This document shows, one piece after another, positions 12,191 to 26,227 of a DNA stretch of 64,000 nt. This DNA is from Octopus sinensis (lineage: Eukaryota), in assembly GCF_006345805.1 (NCBI RefSeq), contig NC_042997.1, positions 55,118,001 through 55,182,000 on the forward strand, given 5' to 3'. How positions within the stretch are numbered: the stretch's first letter is position 1; every line of letters begins with the position of its first letter. Below the pieces are notes generated by a model. The model did not search any database. It was not told the origin of the DNA and saw nothing but the letters and a program-made list of their open reading frames with translations. The position numbers were made by a program, and so were the translations under genes.

Positions 12191-12699
12191 ATGTGTGTAT
12201 GTGTGTATGTGTGTATTATATGCGTGTGTCTTTGTGTCTGTGTTTGTCTCCCCACTATCGCTTGACAACCGATGTTGGTGTGTTTATGTTCCCGAAACTT
12301 AGCGGTTCGGCAAAAGAGACCGATAGAATAAGTACTAGGCTTACAAAGAATAAGTCCTGGGGCAGATTTCTTCGACTAAAGGCAGTGCTCTAGTATGGCC
12401 ACGCTCAATTGACTGAAACCTGTAAAAACGTAAAAAGTAAAGAGTATATGTTTGCATTTGCTGAAAAATTTCGGATCTGGAAATCACTAGTTCTATGTTT
12501 CTCCACTTGATTATACGTAGTTCGCAATTAGCCAAGTTACTGGCTTTACTTGTTAACAGCACATCGACGAAGGTAATATATGTTTGGTATCTACCAAGGT
12601 CTTGGAGTTTTATACCCCCCAACACACATACGTCAAATACAAACAAAGATAAAAATGAAAGAAGAGGAATTGTGTACTACTTCATAGGATGGACCTTCA

Positions 12700-12995
12700 A
12701 CCGAAACCAAACTAGTTCTTGAATATCCTAAGGAACTATTTCTCTGGGTCCCGAGCACCTGTCACCGCCTTTTATTCTCTTATAGTAGTCCCGAACACCA
12801 CGATATGCTGTTTGGTATAGGACACTATTACGTTGACGTCATCCGCATATGAAAATATTGATATTGATATTGATATTCTAGTGTGACATCCCTCGAAATC
12901 TCCAACTTCTGCTGTAGTGACTCTAGAGTCAGTATGTACAGATGTGGAGAGAGGGGACATTCCTGATGATCGAACGCATGATACCGAACAGTTTT
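12700..12995 (-). mobile_element. Tx1/L1-like RT fragment
   Basis: RSIHQECPLS (QG.PLSP-like) and FSYADDVNVIV motifs. Confidence 0.6.
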
Positions 12996-13097
12996 ACTTT
13001 AACAACAACAACAACAACAATAATAATAATAAATAATAATAATAGACTTCTGGGTGAGACTTGAAGTCAGCTTGTACAAATACAAAGCAAAAGTCAA

Positions 13098-13226
<129 letters not shown>

Positions 13227-13267
13227 GGTCGGTGAACGAACAATAAGGTCGGTAACGAACAACAAAA

Positions 13268-15719
13268 AAAGGGGTATTAAAACAACAACCTCAGCATCTG
13301 AGCAACTTTGGACCCCCCATAACAACTGAAGAGGTCACCCAGGCACTGCAAAGACTAAGCAACTGGAAGGCACCTGGGCATGACAAGATCCCCAACTTCT
13401 GGTTGAAATATCTAACAGGAATGCACAAAAAGCTGGCTGAAAACTTTAACAACATACTAGCAGAGCCAGAGACAATGCCAGAATGGCTCACGAAGGGGAA
13501 GATCATTTTAATTCCCAAATCAAATGAGACAGCAAAACTAGAAAACTACAAACCAATAACCTGTCTCCCTACAATGTACAAGGCATTTACAGCAGTGATA
13601 TCGCAAAGGTTGAACAAGCACCTGGACGAAAACAACCTGTTTCCAGAAGAGTAGAAAGGATGCCACAAAGGCTCATATGACTGTAAAGATCAACTAATGA
13701 TTAATAAAGCCATAACTGAAGACAGCCACAGAAAGAAGAAAGGCCTCAGTATGGCCTGGAACGACTACAAAAAGGCGTTTGATAGCATCCCCCACACATG
13801 GATCCTCGAAACACTAGCCATTAACAAAGTAGCACCAAGAATTATAAAATTCATAGGACACTCTATGAATAAATGGCAAACAGTGCTACAGCTCCAAACA
13901 AAAAAGGGACTCATGAAAACCAAAGCCATCCCCATTAGAAGAGGAATATTTCAGGGAGACACGCTCTCTCCACTCCTTTTCTGCTTGGTACTGTCACCTC
14001 TATCTGATATGCTAAATAGAACTGGATGCGGATATAAATGTTACGGCAAAACGATCAGACACCTTTTATATATGGATGACCTAAAACTATACGCTGCAAA
14101 TGACAAACAGCTGGAAACACTATTAAAGACAGTTCAGGAATTTACCAAAGAAATAGATATGAAATTTAGATTAGAAAAATGCGCCAAAGTAACCTTGAAA
14201 AGGGGAAAACTAGTTAAGAGTAGCAACATCACACTAGATAAAACCAATGAAATAAAAGAATTAGACCAAAGCCAAACTTACAAATACTTAGGAATCCATG
14301 AACTAGATAAGACACAACACACACAAATGAAAGAGAAAATAAAAAAAGAATATCATAGACGACTTAGATCAATACTAAAAACAGAGCTCAATGCTAAAAA
14401 CAAGATAATAGGTATCAACACTTTAGCTGTCCCAGTTATAAGTTACAGCTACAATATCCTTAACTGGACACGAAATGAACTGACCGAAATAGATAGGAAA
14501 ACAAGAAAAATAATGACAGGATCTAGGATGCATCACCCAAAATCTGACATAGAAAGACTATATATACAACGTATAGAAGGTGGTAGAGGCCTTATACAAC
14601 TGGAAAACTACTATAAAATAACCACCATAGGACTGCAAAAATATCTACTTCAGAAGGAAGGAAAACTGATACAAATAGCGGCAAAACACGAGCAAAACAA
14701 AAAACCGTTCTCAGTATTTACGGAAGCTGACAAATACAAACAAGAAATCATACCACCTAACAAATATGAAGAAGAAGAAGATGAAGAAACAACAAATGCT
14801 ATAAAACAAATGAAATCCAAACTAAAAATAAAACAGCAACAAACCATGATAAAACGATGGCAAGAAAAGCCCCTTCATGGTAAATACTGGACTAAACTAA
14901 AAGCAAAAGAAATAGACAAAGAAAAATCCCAGCAATGGTTGAGAAGCTCAGGACTCAAAGCAGAGACAGAGGCATTTTTAATTGCAGCACAAGACCAAAG
15001 CCTCCCCACCAGAAATTACCAAAAACATGTAATGAAAAGAAATATAACAAGTAACTGCTGAATATGTGGAGATGGACAAGAAACAATAAATCATATTATC
15101 TCTGGCTGCCCAGTCCTGGCTAAGAAGGAATATATTCACAGACATGACAGAGTTGGAACCTACATACACTGGAAGCTATGCCAACATTATGGAATAACAA
15201 CAGAAAAAAGATGGTATAGGCACACACCAGAAAAGGTCACAGAAAACGAGAAAGCAACCATACTCTGGGATATGCCGATACACACAGATAGAGAAATTAA
15301 GGCCATAGACCAGATATAGTTCTCAGAGATCATGAAGAAAAAAATGCTTTCGAATTGATGTATCAATACCGGCAGATGACAACGTGTCTCTAAAAGAAAT
15401 TGAGAAACTTTCAAAATACAAAGACCTGGAAATAGAGGTAACCAGAATGTGGGATCTAAAAACAGAAACAATCCCTATCATAGTAGGTGCATTAGGCATG
15501 ATAAAAAATATTCAGACAAATACATAACAAAAACACCAGGACTTACAAACACATATAACATACAGAAAATTGCACTACTAGGCACTGCACACATCCTACG
15601 CAGAACACTTTCCATACAATAACCATCAGAGCATCACAACAAATCACAGCACATACCCAAGGCACACAGAGCTGCGCTCGGTAGTGAAGTGAAAGCACAT
15701 TATAAAAATAAAACTACTG
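13268..15719 (+). mobile_element. R4/Dong-like non-LTR retrotransposon, 5'-truncated (RT, CCHC, RLE), slightly mutated
   Basis: WKAPGHDKIPNFWLK, YKPITCLPT, DYKKAFDSIPH, GIFQGDTLSPL, LLYMDD, YKYLG, C*ICG..ETINHIISGC, RPDIV..IDVSIP.D; in-frame stops at 13652 and 15059, indels after 15300; both flanks (AAT)n, the known target class of Dong. Confidence 0.92.
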
Positions 15720-15785
15720 AATAATAATAATAATAATGATAATAATAATTAAAAAGAAAACTAATAATAATAAGAAGAAATAATA

Positions 15786-16429
15786 ACAAGAAACAATAAA
15801 TCATGTTATCTCTGGCTGCCCAGTCCTGGCTAAGAAGGAATATATTCACACACACGACAGAGTTGGGACCTACATACACTGGAAGCTATGCCAACATTAT
15901 GGAATAACAACAGAAAAAAGATGGTATAGGCACACACCAGAAAAGGTTGCAGAAAACGAGAAGGCAACCATTCTCTGGGATATGCCAATACACACAGATA
16001 GAGAAATTAAGGCCAACACGCCAGATATAGTTCGCAGAGATCATGAAGAAAAAAATGCTTTTAATTGATGTACCAATACCAGTAGATGACAACGTGTCTC
16101 TAAAAGGAATGGAGAAACTTTCAAAATACAAAGACCTGGAAATAGAGGTAACCAGAATGTGGAATCTAAAAACAGAAACAATCCCTATCATAGTAGGTGC
16201 ATTAGGCATGATAAAAAATATTCAGACAAATACATAACAAAAACACCAGGACTTACAAACACATATAACATACAGAAAATTGCACTACTAGGCACTGCAC
16301 ACATCCTACGCCGAACACTTTCAATACAGTAACAATCAGAGCATCACAACAGATCACAGCACATACCCAAGGCGCACAGAGCTGCGCTCGGTAGTGAAGT
16401 GAAAGCACGTTATAAAAATAAAACTACTG
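15786..16429 (+). mobile_element. Second, shorter copy of the Dong-like element (CCHC tail, RLE, 3' UTR)
   Basis: Highly similar to 15078-15719; ends aaaactactg followed by (AAT)n. Confidence 0.9.
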
Positions 16430-16489
16430 AATGATAATAATAATAAAGCACAGAAAGACCAGCAGGACAATTGAAAAATAACTCTCAAA

Positions 16490-17470
16490 GACTGGAATAT
16501 CTACAATTTCCTGTGATTATTTTGAATTTCCCTCGAAATAGGTTAAGAAACTTACCTACAGTTTTCGAACACATAGACGATCAATTTTGAAACCTTTAAT
16601 ATCTACAACTTCTGTGAATACCTATCCTTTCCTTTATCCCTGAGTATTCGGAAATGTAAACATCCTCTTTACTCCAAGCACGCTACAGTTTTCTCTGTTC
16701 GGATAGACAAAGATCATCTCCAGTAAGTTTTAAAACCTTAATATCTACAATTCTCTGTAAAAATTTTATTTTCCTTTTCTTCCTTTCCGTTCTCCCTGAG
16801 TATTCCAAAATGTAAACATACTTTTTATTGCAAAAGCACTACAGTCTTCTCTTAATGGACATACAAACGAACATCTCAAAATAATTTAGAAACTTTACTA
16901 TTCCCAATTTTGTATGAATATTTTACCTTTCCTTTTTTTCTGACTATGTAAACATGTAACAAAACAATTAAATGCACAAAACCCCCCAAAATTAAGGAGG
17001 TAAGCACCTGCCAATATATACATACCGCATAACTACAAAATCAGTAAACCACAGCAAAACGTTTAAAAAGAAAAGAAAAATTCCAAAAGAAAAAGAACTT
17101 TAGAAATTAAAAAATTCAACAAGGTGAACATCTCTTCCTCCTACTATTCCCAAAGATTGGAATATCTACAATTTCCTTTGAATATTTTAAAATCTCCCTC
17201 AAAATAAGTTAGGAAACTTACATACCTACAGCTTTCGAACATACATACGATCAGTTTTTTTAAAAAAAACCTTAATATCTACAACTTCTGTGAATACCTA
17301 TCCTTTCCTTTTTCCCTGAGTATTCGGAAATGTAAACATCCCTTTCATTGTAAAAACACTTCTGTACTCTCCAACTGGATAGACAAACGAACATCTCAAG
17401 AAAACTTTAAAACTTTAATATATTAAATTTTGTATGATACGTATCCCTGACTACCTAAATATGTATACAT
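16490..17470. repeat. Degenerate ~100-140-bp tandem repeat with a ~665-bp higher-order duplication
   Basis: aatatctacaa unit starts at ~16496, 16598, 16740, 17161, 17274; 16490-16700 aligns with 17155-17390. Confidence 0.65.
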
Positions 17471-17532
17471 ACCTTTTATTGCAACAACACAATTGAATTC
17501 AGAAATTCAAAAATTCAACGACGTAAATATCA

Positions 17533-17575
<43 letters not shown>

Positions 17576-17586
17576 ATATGAATAGA

Positions 17587-17646
<60 letters not shown>

Positions 17647-17690
17647 TTTACCCCAGTGTCACTTTGATGGCATGAACTGCTCTCTCACTC
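17647..17690 (+). mobile_element. 44-bp terminal fragment of a TAA-flanked retroposon
   Basis: Matches the reverse complement of 62725-62770; (AAT)n on both sides. Confidence 0.6.
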
Positions 17691-17723
<33 letters not shown>

Positions 17724-18479
17724 TAATTGTATTATTGTTTTCTGTAACAGTAATTACAAATAGAACAGGTTGAATTGCTTCTTCTTAAGACCAAGGACAG
17801 CGCTCTTAGTGGTCGCTGGTAGTAGTAAACACATTTGACTTCTGCTGAAACAAAGGGTGCGAAGATTCTTTTGTCTCTATGGCTGACCTCCCCACCACAG
17901 CCGAATCTATTTATAGACCTGTAGAATTTGATCTATTCACCAAGCAGCTACTTCCCCTTTCCTCTTCATCCTTCCCCCTACATCCCCCAACTATTTCTTC
18001 CAAAAAAAAAACATATTTACGATTATCTCAAGTACAAAAGTTGAAAGTAAAGAACATTCAACAAAATCTTTTAATAATAAATGGAAATAGTAATAATGAT
18101 AACAATGGTGGTAGAGGTGGTGATGGTGATAATGATAAAAATAAAAATAATGATAATATGCTGCAGCTGCCAATACTACAAATACTACAACTACTACTAT
18201 TCTGATAGCACAGGAATCTGAGGCCCAAACAATGATACCAGTGATATCAGTGATGATAATAATAATAACAATAATAGTGAAAGAAGCAGGTGTAGTCTCC
18301 CCATGTCCTGATTAATGATAAATTTAGTGATGGTGTCACAATAAAAACACTGGTAATTGCACAGCCTGATAATCGCTACCTCATGAGTGACAATGAATAA
18401 ACAAAATATTGTGAATATGGGACACTCCAACCAAAAAGTGGCACAGATTGTATGTACCAAGAAAAGAGGGGAAAGAGAG

Positions 18480-19375
18480 GACTTATTGGATGCTGACACA
18501 GCATTCGAGCAGAAGAAAACAACATAGCATGGTATGTAAAAATGCTACAGAATCGCTATTATTAGAAGTAAGAAGGCCATGCTTGTATAGGATGAAAGAT
18601 TGCGAAGATAAAGCAATATACAAGTAACTGAAAGCGAATGAAACAAAAAAAAAAAAAGATTGGTAAAGAAAAGAATGCATGGACAATTTCATAGGGATGT
18701 TGAAGATAAGACAGACAGAAAAAAAGATGCTTGTGGATGACTAAAAGTGGTTTAAAACCGGAAACGGAGGCTCTAATCTGTACTGCCCAAGAGCAAGCAC
18801 AGAGAACAAACTACATAAAATACAGAGTAGACAACACATCAGAAAGTGATAAGTGCAGACTCTGTGGACAAAATGGTAAAACTGTATAGCATATTACCAG
18901 CCAATGTACGCTTCTAGCCCAGAAGGAATATAAGAGACGCCACAACAATATAGCCAGGCTTGTCCATTGTACACTTTGCAACAAGTATAAACTTGATAGA
19001 GGAATAAATTGGTACGACCACATACCCGAAGGCATCATCGAAAATAGAAATGCAAAGATTCTATGGATTTTATGATTCAGTGCACCCATGAGATAGAGAA
19101 TAGGAAGCCAGGTATAGTCTTAATACAGAAAGAAACCAAACTATGCTGGATCATAGATATAGCATGCCCAGCTAACAACAAGGTATGCGATAAGGAAGAA
19201 AGAAAAGTCGTGATATGACAGGTTAGCTTGGGAAGTTAAGCAGTTGTGGTCGATGAAAAAGGTACCAGTAGTACCAATAATTGTCGGAGCCCTGAGAACA
19301 GTGAGCAAAAATCTCGAGAATTACGAGGAACAAATAGGGCTGCAATAAGGGTAGAGCACTTGCAGGAAACATTTG
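18480..19375 (+). mobile_element. Decayed R4-like LINE 3' part (second family)
   Basis: MHGQF, LKPETEALICTAQEQ, CRLCGQ..HITSQC, YKRRHNNIARLVH, KILW, KP.IV..IIDIACP, PIIVGAL, with stops and frameshifts. Confidence 0.85.
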
Positions 19376-19409
19376 ATTACCAGATCTGTCGAACACTCGA
19401 CAGCAGGTA

Positions 19410-20830
19410 TTCGACATAATGCAATTAATCAACAATACTCAGGCATTAGAGATGTGCATGCAGAACAGTTTCATCACTCTGCCTGCATCCCGGGAAGACC
19501 CGGCTGACGGCTCTTATTTACCCGTTGAGTTTATCTCGAACAAGCAAAACTCGCAGTAACACTGCCAGGCCAGAAATTTCTGAAAATTATCCATGGGTCC
19601 CAGACCGAAAGTACTCCAGAACTGACTAGGCAGCTGATTTACTACGATGCCCAGAGTCTCTTCGAGAATGTCGTTGCTTTTGCCAACCACTAACCCTCTA
19701 TGAAACGCCAAAGAGGAACTTCCACCGACTGCATTGTTCGACTGGAAGAGGGCTGTGAGTGTCTGAGGATACTCTGAGACAGCAAGTGTCAAACGCACGA
19801 GCTGTGAAAAATGAGTCTAACAAATAGCAACCACGCATGCTCACCATCAAGGAAACTCTGGAGATGACGCGGCTTCAATGAATGTCTGTACATCAGCCAT
19901 GGCATGCCCAGTCCCTAACACAGCTTGTGCTGACAAGAAATGTACTATCTAGCCAGTGGAATGTTTCCCTTTCACAGAAAGTTGAAGAACAGGCACTCCA
20001 GTTTGTTCAGACTTGAATTGGGCCAAGGTACAACGGTTAGACAGTAATATATGACGGAGGCGGTGTAAACGTTCTTCAGGTGCTGTGCTGCTGGACCATT
20101 CATTTTACTTGGTTGATTTTTGCTCCACTTACCATCACGTAGTCCTTTATTGAAGTACCCATCACCTCTACGTGATTGGTGTCCAACACTATAACGATGA
20201 CGCCGTCTGCGTATACAGACACGGTCCTTCTACATCCTAGTTCATGTAGGACCCCCACCAACATCCCAGTAACGGTCAACGGCCAGTACGTACAGAAGAG
20301 ACGAGAGGGGATAACCTTGACAGACCGAGTGTATGGTACTGAATGGTACTAATAGGTTACCTTTTACCCAACCATCGAACACATCTCGCTGTAAATTGCG
20401 ACAATCCAACAACAGAAGGGACTAAAACTACCCTGTGAGAACAAACGCCAAGTATTGGTGATCAACCCAGTCAAAAACAGTTTATTGATCTAAATTGATG
20501 AGGACTCCACCCATGTCAGTTGCCTTACGCACTCTCTCTATGATGTATTGCATAAGGTAGAGGTTGTGGTAGATAGATCTGTACGGAGTGGCGTATGCCT
20601 AAGCATGGTAACAAACGCCAACCTCCTTTTTAGGAGCTTGGCGAAAATATTGAAACCTGTGTTTAACAGAGTCATGGCACAAACATGATCAATGTAATAC
20701 CGCTTGTTTGAGTTCTTTCTCAGCAGCGCCACCTCGACTCGCAGAACTGGGTATTCCTCCATTTTGTTGTCAGTTGCAGTAAATGTCTACCAAGAGGTCT
20801 TCAAGCAAGTCTGGCATACAAAAGTGAAGC
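19410..20830 (-). mobile_element. Decayed Tx1/L1-like LINE (RT to CCHC)
   Basis: TLLNTGFNIFAKLL, FDWVDHQYL, RSVCQGYPLSSLLYVLA, VYADG, FQKFLAWQCY, CPGCRQSDETVLHAHL.C. Confidence 0.75.
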
Positions 20831-21084
20831 TCATAGGGCAGACCATCCAAGCCAGGTGATTTAAAGCCCGATCAATCAATTTTGTTCCTGCAGCGTCTAA
20901 ACTTCAGAATAACAGTTTATCTTCTATGTCAAAGAGAAACGCAGCCACTAACCAGCCGATCTTTATTTCTAGGTGCACGTCGACAATATTTTTATTACCT
21001 ACGGCCAAGATAGATTGGTATGAAAACCAGTTCAGAACTCGCAAGTAGGCATTTTGCATATTTTAATTTTGCAAATGATAAAAT

Positions 21085-21680
21085 AATTTCTACTTCTAAA
21101 TGGCAGTGAGTGGTTTCAAATTGTGGCAGGCTAGCAGTTCTTAGGGGAGATAAATCAATTATGTCAGCCCAGTACACAACTGGTACTTATCAACGCCGAA
21201 CGAATGAAAGGCAAGATTAACCCCAGTGGAATTTGAACTCAGAACGTATTGAGTCGAAAGAAATACTTATTTCTTTATTACCCACAAGGGGCTAAACACA
21301 GAGGGGACAAACAAGGACAGACATAGGTATTAAGTCGATTACATTGACCCCAGTGCGTAACTGGTACTTAATTTATCGACCCCGAAAGGATGAAAGGCAA
21401 AGTCGACCTCGGCGGAATTTGAACTCACAACGTAATGCAGACGAAATACCTATTTCTTTATTACCCACAAGAGGCTAAACACAGAGGGGACAAACAAGGA
21501 CAGACATAGGTATTAAGTCGATTACATCGACCCCAGTGCGTAACTGGTACTTAATTTATCGACCCCGAAAGGATGAAAGGCAAAGTCGACCTCGGCGGAA
21601 TTTGAACTCACAACGTAACGCAGACGAAATACCGCTAAGCATTTTGCCAGAGACTCTAAGTTTTGCCAGCTCACTGCCTT
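21085..21680 (-). mobile_element. Old family-1 SINE interrupted by two young 183-bp SINE units in tandem
   Basis: Units 21268-21450 and 21451-21633 are near-identical; diverged host halves at 21085-21267 and 21634-21680. Confidence 0.85.
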
Positions 21681-21694
21681 TAAATAAAAATATT

Positions 21695-21831
21695 TATTTC
21701 TAATAGAGGAACAAGGCTTGAAATCTTCGGAGAAAGGGCGAGTCGATTATATCGGACCTAGTACTTGACTGCTGTTTTATTTTATCGGCTTCGAAAGGAT
21801 GAGGGCAAAGTCGGCCTTGGTGGAATTTGAA
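21695..21831 (-). mobile_element. Diverged family-1 SINE fragment
   Basis: cgaaaggatgagggcaaagtcggccttggtggaatttgaac. Confidence 0.65.
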
Positions 21832-21886
21832 CACACACACACACACGCACACGCGCACGCACACACGCACACACACACGCACACGC

Positions 21887-21917
<31 letters not shown>

Positions 21918-22374
21918 TTAATCGGTTATAAAGTTGCGTAGGTGACTCATCGGCCAAGAGCTTAGTGAATTGCTAAGTTAGATAATTGCAATGCGTGAAA
22001 CTCCTGGCCCTTGAGTCCCTTATGTAACTTCAGAGCCGATTAAAATATATAGGTATATGCATATGATGAGATGTGTGCTTCAAGATCAATGGAAATAAAA
22101 TGTTATTCAATGTATATTAAACTGCAATTCAAAATTGTATATTCTGTAGTTAAGTGAAATTCAACATATTGTCTTAGGAAACAACTGCAACAACCAGTCA
22201 ACATAGAACATTACTATTCACATGGATTACAATAAATATATTTATATTACTTTTGATTTATTATGAGCAACATTTTTGTTCCAACTTTTCCTATAAGGTG
22301 AAACATTGAATATTTCTGCATACATTATTCTATTATTGTGCTCCGTAGAGGACATTCTTTTCCATCAACCTTTT

Positions 22375-22381
22375 CTTTCTA

Positions 22382-22431
<50 letters not shown>

Positions 22432-22455
22432 TTATATATATATATATAATATATA

Positions 22456-22525
<70 letters not shown>

Positions 22526-22613
22526 ATATACATATATATTATATATATTATATATATATATATATATATTTTATATATATTATATATATATGTATATGTA
22601 TATGTATATATAT

Positions 22614-22647
<34 letters not shown>

Positions 22648-22697
22648 ATATTATATATTATATATATATATATATATAATATATTATATATATATAT
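22375..22697. repeat. Long (TA)n tract
   Basis: Direct reading. Confidence 0.95.
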
Positions 22698-24914
22698 TTC
22701 TGAAAGTAGATTTTGATTGGTTTATATTCATTATTATTCATGGAAAACATTAACAAGAGCAAAAATTATGTGATAAATATTACAAAGCAACCCATTTAAT
22801 TGTTATTTCACGAAGTTGGAACTTATACCACTTCATATTTAACAGAAATTCTTCTCCAGTTTTGGAAACATTTCTTAAATAAAATGTCTGAAATTTATTG
22901 AAGGTGAAATTTTGGAGCGTAATGTCATTAGGTATATTTATATTAACATATAGAAAAGAGACATATTAGGGAAAGGCCGGGCGACCAAAATAAAGGAAAA
23001 CAATATAAACGAATGTTTGTGATAAAAGTTGAAAAGAGAATTTCGAAGTCCTATTATTTTGGAAATTAATTGCAAAATGTGACGACGTGGGTAAAGAACT
23101 CTACCGATAACTGCAAGATGTTGCTTTAAATCTTAATATTGCAGAATGAATAGCCAAATATTACACCGTTGTCAGTTACACAGGATTTGTAATTTTTGAC
23201 ATATTCTCTTTTGTCAAAGACATTACTCTGATAATGTTTTCAAAATATATTTAGATATAAAGAGGCGGAAAACTATCAGAGTTATTAGAGAGCCGGATAG
23301 ATTGCCTCGTTGTATTTGTTCCAACCGAAGTTAACTTTGTCTTTCATCTTTTCGGGGTCGTTGAACAGAAGTACCAATCTAGAGCAGTAGATCAGCGGAG
23401 CTGTCAGAATACCGGATCAGTATTTTCGGTATTTGCGTTCTGGGATAGATTCTGTTTAGATACCTAAAAAGTATTCTTACCAAATCTCAGGTCTAGCGTG
23501 GTAAGTGAGGCAAATCTTCGGAACAAATGCCAGCATTAAATGTGTAGAGATACAAAGAAGGATTCTCCAGCAGGAGCGATATGTACTCCTGTGAATGAAT
23601 GAATCCTTACGCTGGAAGCCAGTTATATTTTAGGGAAGTAGAAAGCTCTCAACAAAAAACAAACGTTTCAATAAACATATGATTATAAAAGTGCAACTAG
23701 CTGAATTGATTGTCGACCTACAGATAGAAAATTCTAGTATTCACACATGGTTACTGCCCCCTCACCATGTACCCAGCCAAGAAATTTAATTCTCATTATT
23801 CCCATCAACTAAGCCTAGACTCTCTCTGCCAAAACATGGTCTTCCCTACTAGGTCATCCCACCGCTACCATATCGTTCACACATCTACAAACTATGTAAT
23901 TACTCGAATGCCTGACCTCATGTCACTCCCAATCAGTTAATTGGTGGGAACTTCACAAGTTCTAAGCTAGTTCTCTCTAGTAACACCTGCGCTGAACCCC
24001 AGACCTATTAAAAATTGCCTGGTAGTACCAGAAATTGTCCTCATAAGCGTGTCCGCCCACATTTCCCTCAAATAGAATTCGTAGCCCCAAGGAGCAATTT
24101 AAACAACGAGGCCTAAAATTCTTGCAGAAATTACACACACCTTACATACTGCAAGCTGTAAGACCGTCTGATGTTGAAAATTGCTTCTACTCATAGCGCT
24201 GCTATCCAGTTTCCCAGATTACAGCCCATACTTTAGGTCTCCTGCTAAAAAGATCTGTACTAATTTTTCGGAACCCCACTCCTACTTCTCAGCCATGATG
24301 GTCCTATAACTTGTGCGCCCACAGAATAATCTATTTTTGCTACCCACGTAAATCCAAATCTTCACTATGTACAGTCCTCAAAACTACCCTTTCTACACCG
24401 TGAAATGCACCACCGCATGCACATGCTGCCTAAATGCAAACGTACCTCCGGTACCATCATAGATTACACTAATCTCTATACACACTCCTTCCTTCCAAAA
24501 CATCGGCCTACTAGATTACTGTCTTGCGCATATTTCTTCAACAGCTGTCGACTTTTAGCAGTAAACACACAAACGCATAGGTCTTAAGGGCCCGCAAGAA
24601 TTGAGTATAGCCTCTTACAATATTTCCCTCATTTCTACCTTCTTTCTGTCTCTCTCTCTCGTTCTCTATTTGCCTTTTTTCTCTCTTCTCCCCAAATTTC
24701 TACTACAACAGTGAATTTTAATTTTCAGTCTCCTATATATATATATATATATATACTACTAATATAGGATGAAGTTTTTTTACAGAAAAAAAATCGTCAA
24801 TTTCCACATATTATTTACTCGCATATTATTTCTGTAGCGAGTAAATAATATGTGGAAATTGACGATTTAAAAGTCTGTTATCAGCATATTGGCTTAGAAA
24901 TAATTTTCTTTAGC

Positions 24915-24953
<39 letters not shown>

Positions 24954-24986
24954 TTCATCTCACTGCCATATGTATATCTATCTATG

Positions 24987-25061
<75 letters not shown>

Positions 25062-25215
25062 ATATATATATTATATACCTGTGTGTGTACGTGTGTATTG
25101 TGCTTTTAACAAGTTTATGAAAGATATTGTCTATGATAATTCCACTGCGTTATACCGTCTAACGGTGTGTATATATTTAGTATGTTACACAAATGACGAT
25201 ATATACGTACACACA

Positions 25216-25283
<68 letters not shown>

Positions 25284-25480
25284 ACACATGTATACACACA
25301 CACTCCTTCAGGCATCCGTTTGTGGCCTGCAAAACTTGAAGTAGCACAGAACCGAATCAGACCTGTTTTAAATAATACATATAGCTCCTCTTAGATGTGT
25401 TGAGTATCCTTTTCCTTCGCTTGTCCACTCTCTCTGTCCCCCCTCTCTCTCTATATATATTATACATACATATACATACA

Positions 25481-25561
<81 letters not shown>

Positions 25562-26188
25562 TTATCTACATACATATATACACACATACGCGCGCACGCG
25601 TACAAACACACATATACACTATACACTGCTTTGGTTTTAATTATACTCCAGTTGTTCCTCTTTCAAGTAATTTACCACCGCTTTGTATTGTAGTTTGTGA
25701 CTGAAGTAAGTTACTCAGACACGTGGCAGTTAGACTGAGTGTGACAGTGTGTGTGAAAAGGTTAGTCTTTTGAATTACTGATGTAGTCTATCTGCCTGTG
25801 TTCCACTTAGTTTCTATCTACTCAGTTTCACTCACAGTATTTGAGTTATCTCGTGGTTATGGTAAAAGGCATTTGTCCATGGTAGCACGCAGTGTGATCG
25901 AACTTTTGACCATATGGTTGTGAAGGCGGTGTCTGCATTCACCTGGCGTCTACTTGAGGTAGTGCGCACTAATGGTACACCACCTGAGGTAGGGTGACGT
26001 TGTCTTCAACTTCTTTCTATATCGTCTCTTTATTCTTGGACCACATGGTGACGTGGACACATGGGGTGAGAACCATCCTTATGGACAACTGCTGGTTTTT
26101 CTATACAATCTTGTCCAAGAGAGGACAAACTGAAGCAAGACTTTCTAGGTGCAGAGATCCATAGAGATATACGGATACCAAATAACAC

Positions 26189-26227
<39 letters not shown>

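Larger units (their letters stand above)
11131..12445 (+). mobile_element. Composite SINE, family 3 (tRNA head, internal microsatellite, tail), split by two insertions
   Basis: Head 11131-11265 and tail 12230-12445 are collinear with the intact minus copy at 52905-53370. Confidence 0.7.

Noticed and set aside
23700-24600. C/A-skewed stretch possibly a very old LINE; similar for 25990-26160 and 63300-64000
   Set aside because: Compositional impression only; no motif I can defend
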